NCBI GenBank assembly: GCA_963812155.1
Contig: CAWETW010000002.1
Span: 384,001 to 448,000 of the forward strand
DNA: 64,000 nucleotides
Direction: 5' to 3'
DNA from: Vulcanimicrobiota bacterium
GTDB taxonomy: Bacteria; Vulcanimicrobiota; Vulcanimicrobiia; Vulcanimicrobiales; Vulcanimicrobiaceae
A program made the translations under genes and the position numbers. Below are positions 62,750-64,000 of the stretch, in pieces. A model generated the notes under the pieces. It did no database searches and had not been told where the DNA came from. It saw only the letters and a program-made list of their open reading frames with translations. Position 1 is the first letter of the stretch, and the number at the start of each line of letters is the position of its first letter.

Positions 62750-63219
62750 GAGTGCAGAACCGACGCATCGGCGCCGAACATGCGCCGGTCGGAAACGATC
62801 GAGAAGCTGAGCACGGCAGAGCACGCGAGTTGTCCCTCGACCGTTGCCACGGTCGAGACCCAGCCGATGTTGCGCCGGTGACGGATCATCGCCACCTCCA
62901 TGTCGAGGCGATCGCCCGGTATGACGGGCCGCCGGAACTTCGCCTTATCGATGCCGGTCAGATACGGCGTCTTGCGCGAGAACTCGCCCGGTTCTAGGAC
63001 GACGGCACCGCCGAGCTGCGCCATCGCTTCGAGCATGTACACGCCCGGCAATAGCGGATTTCCCGGAAAGTGGCCGTTGAAGACGGGCTCGTTGAACGTG
63101 ATGTTCTTGAAACCGCGCGCGCGCACCATCGGCTCCAACTCGGTGATGCGATCGATCAGCAAAATTGGATATCGGTGCGGCAGCACTTCGAGAATTTGCC
63201 GGATGTCTAAGGCTCCCAC
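62746..63219 (-). CDS. fabZ: 3-hydroxyacyl-ACP dehydratase
   Basis: LPHRYPILLIDR, FNGHFPGNP.LPGV..LEAMAQ. Confidence 0.96.
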   Translation of the reverse strand: MGALDIRQILEVLPHRYPILLIDRITELEPMVRARGFKNITFNEPVFNGHFPGNPLLPGVYMLEAMAQLGGAVVLEPGEFSRKTPYLTGIDKAKFRRPVIPGDRLDMEVAMIRHRRNIGWVSTVATVEGQLACSAVLSFSIVSDRRMFGADASVLHS

Positions 63220-64000
63220 GCAATCTCCTTCGCGGCCTCGCGCAGCGCACGCGTGGCCCGTGCGTGCATTTCGTGGCCGCTCTTTACGGCGACGATCTCG
63301 AATTGCGGCCACGCTCCGAGCAGTGCGAAATCGCCGATGAGATCGAGCACCTTGTGACGCACGACTTCGTTAGACCAGCGCAGCGGCTGCATCGGTCCTT
63401 CGGGGGTAAACACCAGCGCGTTCTCGAGGCTCGCCCCTCGCGCGAGCCCGCGCGCGTGCAAGCCTTCGAGTTCGTGCAGGTAGCCAAAGGTGCGGGCGCC
63501 TGCGATCTCGCGCTCGTAGAGTTGCGCGTCGACCTCCGCGTCGAAATACTGCGTTCCTACCGGCGGCGCGAATTCGGCGACGAATCGCACCCGGAACGCC
63601 GGTGCGGGAAGTGCGGCCACCAAACGGTCTCCCGCGCGCAGCACGTACGGCTGCGTCAAGGTCACGACGGTGCGCGGACGATCCTGCATCGTCACGCCCG
63701 CGCGCTCGATGGCCTCGACAAAGTTCTGCGCGCTGCCGTCGCAGATCGGAATCTCGGGTCCCTCCACCGCAATCCGCGCATTGCTCACGCCGCTCGCGAA
63801 CAAAGCGGAGAGTAAATGTTCGGTTGTGGAAACCGAGGCGCCGTCGAGTCCGACGACGGTCGCGCGCGACGTGTCCACGACATTCTCCGCAACGGCCGGT
63901 ACGCTGACCGTGACGCCGGGATCGCGCGGCGAACGCAACAGAAAGACGATGCCGCTGCCGGGTTCGGCAGGCTGGACGTCGACGGTTGCGCGTTCGCCCG
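63207..64000 (-). CDS. lpxC: UDP-3-O-acyl-N-acetylglucosamine deacetylase; 5' end outside the window
   Basis: TEHLLSAL, PICDGSA, ARTFG, RHKVLDLIGD, KSGH. Confidence 0.96.
   Translation of the reverse strand, partial: GERATVDVQPAEPGSGIVFLLRSPRDPGVTVSVPAVAENVVDTSRATVVGLDGASVSTTEHLLSALFASGVSNARIAVEGPEIPICDGSAQNFVEAIERAGVTMQDRPRTVVTLTQPYVLRAGDRLVAALPAPAFRVRFVAEFAPPVGTQYFDAEVDAQLYEREIAGARTFGYLHELEGLHARGLARGASLENALVFTPEGPMQPLRWSNEVVRHKVLDLIGDFALLGAWPQFEIVAVKSGHEMHARATRALREAAKEIAWEP

Overview
GC-rich bacterial chromosome segment, mostly housekeeping genes of a diderm organism. The lpx/lpt cluster with DUF3084, plus Firmicutes-like ftsEX-M23-ctpA and dnaX-ybaB-recR gene orders, suggests a diderm Terrabacteria lineage, possibly Vulcanimicrobiota/Eremiobacterota (inference only). 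In order: prolyl oligopeptidase (partial); a lipoyl-E2-E1 2-oxoglutarate dehydrogenase fusion; a DsrE-like/TsdA-like/YeiH sulfur module; dienelactone hydrolase and rmuC; a peroxiredoxin; acyl-CoA dehydrogenase; ftsE-ftsX-M23-two S41 proteases; RNase E/G; minC-minD-minD-minE-rodA; an M48 protease; an RDD/SpoIIM/MoxR/DUF58 cluster split by a ~6.8 kb accessory block; dnaX-ybaB-recR; recQ; and an LPS operon (lpxC-fabZ-lpxA-lpxB-phosphoesterase-LpxB-like GT-ligase-lptC-lptB-lptF/G). No rRNA, tRNA, CRISPR array or transposase was seen. About a dozen single-base frameshifts in conserved genes look like long-read errors. Best leads: (1) a dispersed ~100-nt palindromic element (3 full copies, 1 partial) with compensatory base changes and a conserved C(UNCG)G loop, lying at gene 3' ends; (2) a UshA-fold phosphoesterase with an LpxH-like GNRE motif directly after lpxB; (3) the thiosulfate module; (4) the all-in-one OGDH; (5) tandem MinD paralogs downstream of DnaA boxes.
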